DNA from: Nitrospirales bacterium
Lineage (GTDB): Bacteria > Nitrospirota > Nitrospiria > Nitrospirales > UBA8639
Length of the DNA: 64,000 bases
Assembly: GCA_965203295.1 (NCBI GenBank)
Contig: CBDBCZ010000019.1
Coordinates: 2,016,001-2,080,000 of the forward strand
Direction: 5' to 3'
Both the position numbers and the translations under genes were made by a program. The notes under the pieces are model-generated. The model made no database searches, was not told the origin of the DNA, and saw only the letters and a program-made list of their open reading frames with translations. This document shows positions 62,189-64,000 of the stretch, in pieces. How positions within the stretch are numbered: the stretch's first letter is position 1; the number at the start of each line of letters is the position of its first letter.

Positions 62189-62391
62189 AAAGAAGTCACC
62201 TCAACAAGATGTTTGACTTTATTAATGAGGCCGCACACTTGATCTGATTGAGGCCGAGTCACAGTTTGATAAAGCCGACGAAGGCCTAATCCTCACAGGA
62301 TGACTCTTTGGTTAGACGGCCACCCAATAGGACTTCGCTTCAGGGTAATTTTCAAGAGTGCGTTTGTGGGAGTTTGGGATGATATAGTCAT
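62185..62391 (-). pseudogene. rpmD: 50S ribosomal protein L30 with internal TGA
   Basis: LKITLKRSPIGWPSNQRVIL*GLGLRRLYQTVTRPQSDQVCGLINKVKHLVEV; stop at 62293-62295. Confidence 0.85.
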
Positions 62392-62425
62392 GATTTCGAT
62401 TATCGTACCCTTTTCTTTGCGAGCC

Positions 62426-62920
62426 TTACGAGGCTGAGGCCACGTTGGATTGCCGGATCCGACGAACTTCTTCAAGGTCCTTCAATTGGGAAAGTCCCTC
62501 TAAAGTTGCACGCACAACATTAAACGGGTTTCCACGACCAAGGGTTTTAGCGATGATATTGTGGGCCCCCATTACCTCCAAAATGGCCCGTACCGCTCCA
62601 CCAGCAATAATACCAGTTCCTTCTTTCGCTGGTTTCATCAATATATGCTCGGCCCCGAAGTATCCGTGCACATCATAAGGAATGCTCCCATTTTTCAAAG
62701 GGACATGAATCATGTTTTTTTTGGCCTGGCCCACCGCCTTGGCAATAGCAGGGGGAACTTCCGTGGCCTTACCTTTTCCAACACCGACCCACCCTTGGCC
62801 ATCCCCGACAACCACCAGCGCACAAAAGGAAAACCGCTTCCCACCTTTGACGACCTTGGCAACACGGTTGATGGTCACAAGTTTATCTTTTAGATTGAGT
62901 TCTTCAGAATTGACTCGCAC
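62426..62920 (-). CDS. rpsE: 30S ribosomal protein S5
   Basis: [22 protein letters not shown]. Confidence 0.98.
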   Translation of the reverse strand: MRVNSEELNLKDKLVTINRVAKVVKGGKRFSFCALVVVGDGQGWVGVGKGKATEVPPAIAKAVGQAKKNMIHVPLKNGSIPYDVHGYFGAEHILMKPAKEGTGIIAGGAVRAILEVMGAHNIIAKTLGRGNPFNVVRATLEGLSQLKDLEEVRRIRQSNVASAS

Positions 62921-62940
62921 AAATCCTCACATGTCATGGG

Positions 62941-63300
62941 TTAAAATACCAGGCCTCCAGCCCGGCATGCTTCGGCCAACGTCTTTACACGACCATGAAA
63001 AATTCGACCACCCCTATCAAAAACCACCTTAGAAAGGTTTGCCACCTTGGCTCTTTTTGCTAGTAAATCCCCCACTGCTTTAGCAACCTCTGTTTTGGTA
63101 CTCGTTTGTTGCGGCATGGAAGAGTCCAGACTAGAGGCAGCCACCAGAGTTTTACCAAGAGAATCATCGATAATTTGGGCATAAATATGAGAATTGCTTC
63201 GATAGACACTAAGCCGCGGACTCCCAGACGTACCGAAAATTTTCTTTCTGACGCGGGCTTTCCGTCTGGCGAACCTCTCTGTCTTAGCAAACAGATTCAT
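62941..63300 (-). CDS. rplR: 50S ribosomal protein L18
   Basis: [23 protein letters not shown]. Confidence 0.97.
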   Translation of the reverse strand: MNLFAKTERFARRKARVRKKIFGTSGSPRLSVYRSNSHIYAQIIDDSLGKTLVAASSLDSSMPQQTSTKTEVAKAVGDLLAKRAKVANLSKVVFDRGGRIFHGRVKTLAEACRAGGLVF

Positions 63301-63309
63301 ATCACGACC

Positions 63310-63849
63310 TTATTTCTTCCCGGCTTTTCCTGCTTTCTTAATTAAAACTTCACCGGCGAACTTAATCCCCTTTTGCTTATACACATCGGGGGGGTGTACC
63401 CGTTTGATATTGGCTGCAACTTGAGTCACGAGTCGTTTATCAATTCCCTTAACCGCGATGACCGTCTGCTTTTCAATAGTGGCTTGAACTCCAGTGGGTA
63501 TTTTTACCTCTACAGGATGAGAAAATCCAACATTGAGGGAGAGACTTTGCCCCTGGATTTGCGCTCGATATCCCACACCGGTTAATTCAAGAGTCCGCTC
63601 ATAGCCATGAGTCACCCCCTCAACCAAGTTCTGTAATTCAGCACGGGTGAGGCCATGTAAGGCTCGCAATTTAGGTGAATTGCCAACCCTGGTTACCTGA
63701 ATTTTCCCATCTTCGACAGACACATCCATGCCCTGTGCCAATGGCCAGATAAGCTGTCCTAATGGTCCTTTAACGGAAACCTTTCGGTCAGCAACTTTAA
63801 CCTCTATCCCAGATTTGATGGGAATAGGCTTTTGGCCTATTCTCGACAT
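63310..63849 (-). CDS. rplF: 50S ribosomal protein L6
   Basis: MSRIGQKPI, GVGYRA, PDVYKQKGI. Confidence 0.97.
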   Translation of the reverse strand: MSRIGQKPIPIKSGIEVKVADRKVSVKGPLGQLIWPLAQGMDVSVEDGKIQVTRVGNSPKLRALHGLTRAELQNLVEGVTHGYERTLELTGVGYRAQIQGQSLSLNVGFSHPVEVKIPTGVQATIEKQTVIAVKGIDKRLVTQVAANIKRVHPPDVYKQKGIKFAGEVLIKKAGKAGKK

Positions 63850-63885
63850 ATCTTGCTCCTCATCTCAGAAGATTCAACCCTTGTG

Positions 63886-64000
63886 TCACCAGACATAACA
63901 CAACACTTCTCCCCCTTGCCCCAATTGTCGAGACTCTCTATCTGTGACGACTCCTTTAGGGGTGGAAAGAATGGCAACGCCTAACCCATCCATCACACGA
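63886..64000 (-). CDS. rpsH: 30S ribosomal protein S8 (3' end only)
   Basis: Manual translation ...[33 protein letters not shown]. Confidence 0.93.
   Translation of the reverse strand, partial: RVMDGLGVAILSTPKGVVTDRESRQLGQGGEVLCYVW

Noticed and set aside
43420..62295. TGA recoding (Trp/Gly/Sec) to explain in-frame TGAs in rpmD and the AhpC-like gene
   Set aside because: Many intact genes here end in TGA (arc, rplQ, rpsH, map); the internal TGAs are at probable Arg positions, not Cys/Trp; TAG and TAA lesions also occur
1..64000. CRISPR array, tRNA, rRNA, autonomous transposase
   Set aside because: No regularly spaced repeats, cloverleafs, rRNA-like tracts or transposase ORFs were recognised by eye

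Overview
Bacterial chromosomal window, most likely Nitrospirota (inferred from an actinobacterial-type arc-dop-prcB-prcA proteasome locus in a diderm genome with lpt genes, a porin and sigma54). Housekeeping blocks are: proteasome, thiSGE, ftsEX-envC-ctpA, ffh-rpsP-rimM-trmD-rplS-rnhB, uvrB, aroCB, lptCAB-rpoN and the spc/alpha ribosomal operons. The most interesting part is a ~12 kb iron island (31.4-43.6 kb) with fur, a Fe3+ ABC transporter, ApbE, a porin, an FMN-binding protein and a His-bearing membrane protein, plus three Fur-box promoters. It holds two candidate undescribed regulators. (1) A phage-Mu-Com-like Cys4 zinc-ribbon gene followed by two exact GAGNNCC-N3-GAGNNCC boxes, the second overlapping an anti-SD hairpin of the porin gene: a putative host-encoded translational switch. 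(2) A Fur-boxed, highly structured RNA with C-rich anti-SD loops: a candidate iron-sparing sRNA. The window also shows signs of genome erosion: nonsense or frameshift lesions in rpmD (L30), rapZ, pilM, pilN, a CocE hydrolase, an AhpC-like gene, and GAF and GHKL remnants; no pup, aroK or pilQ secretin where expected; three exact 18-bp tandem duplications; and nested miniature mobile elements. No rRNA, tRNA or CRISPR array was seen. All calls are by-eye motif recognition; no database searches were run.
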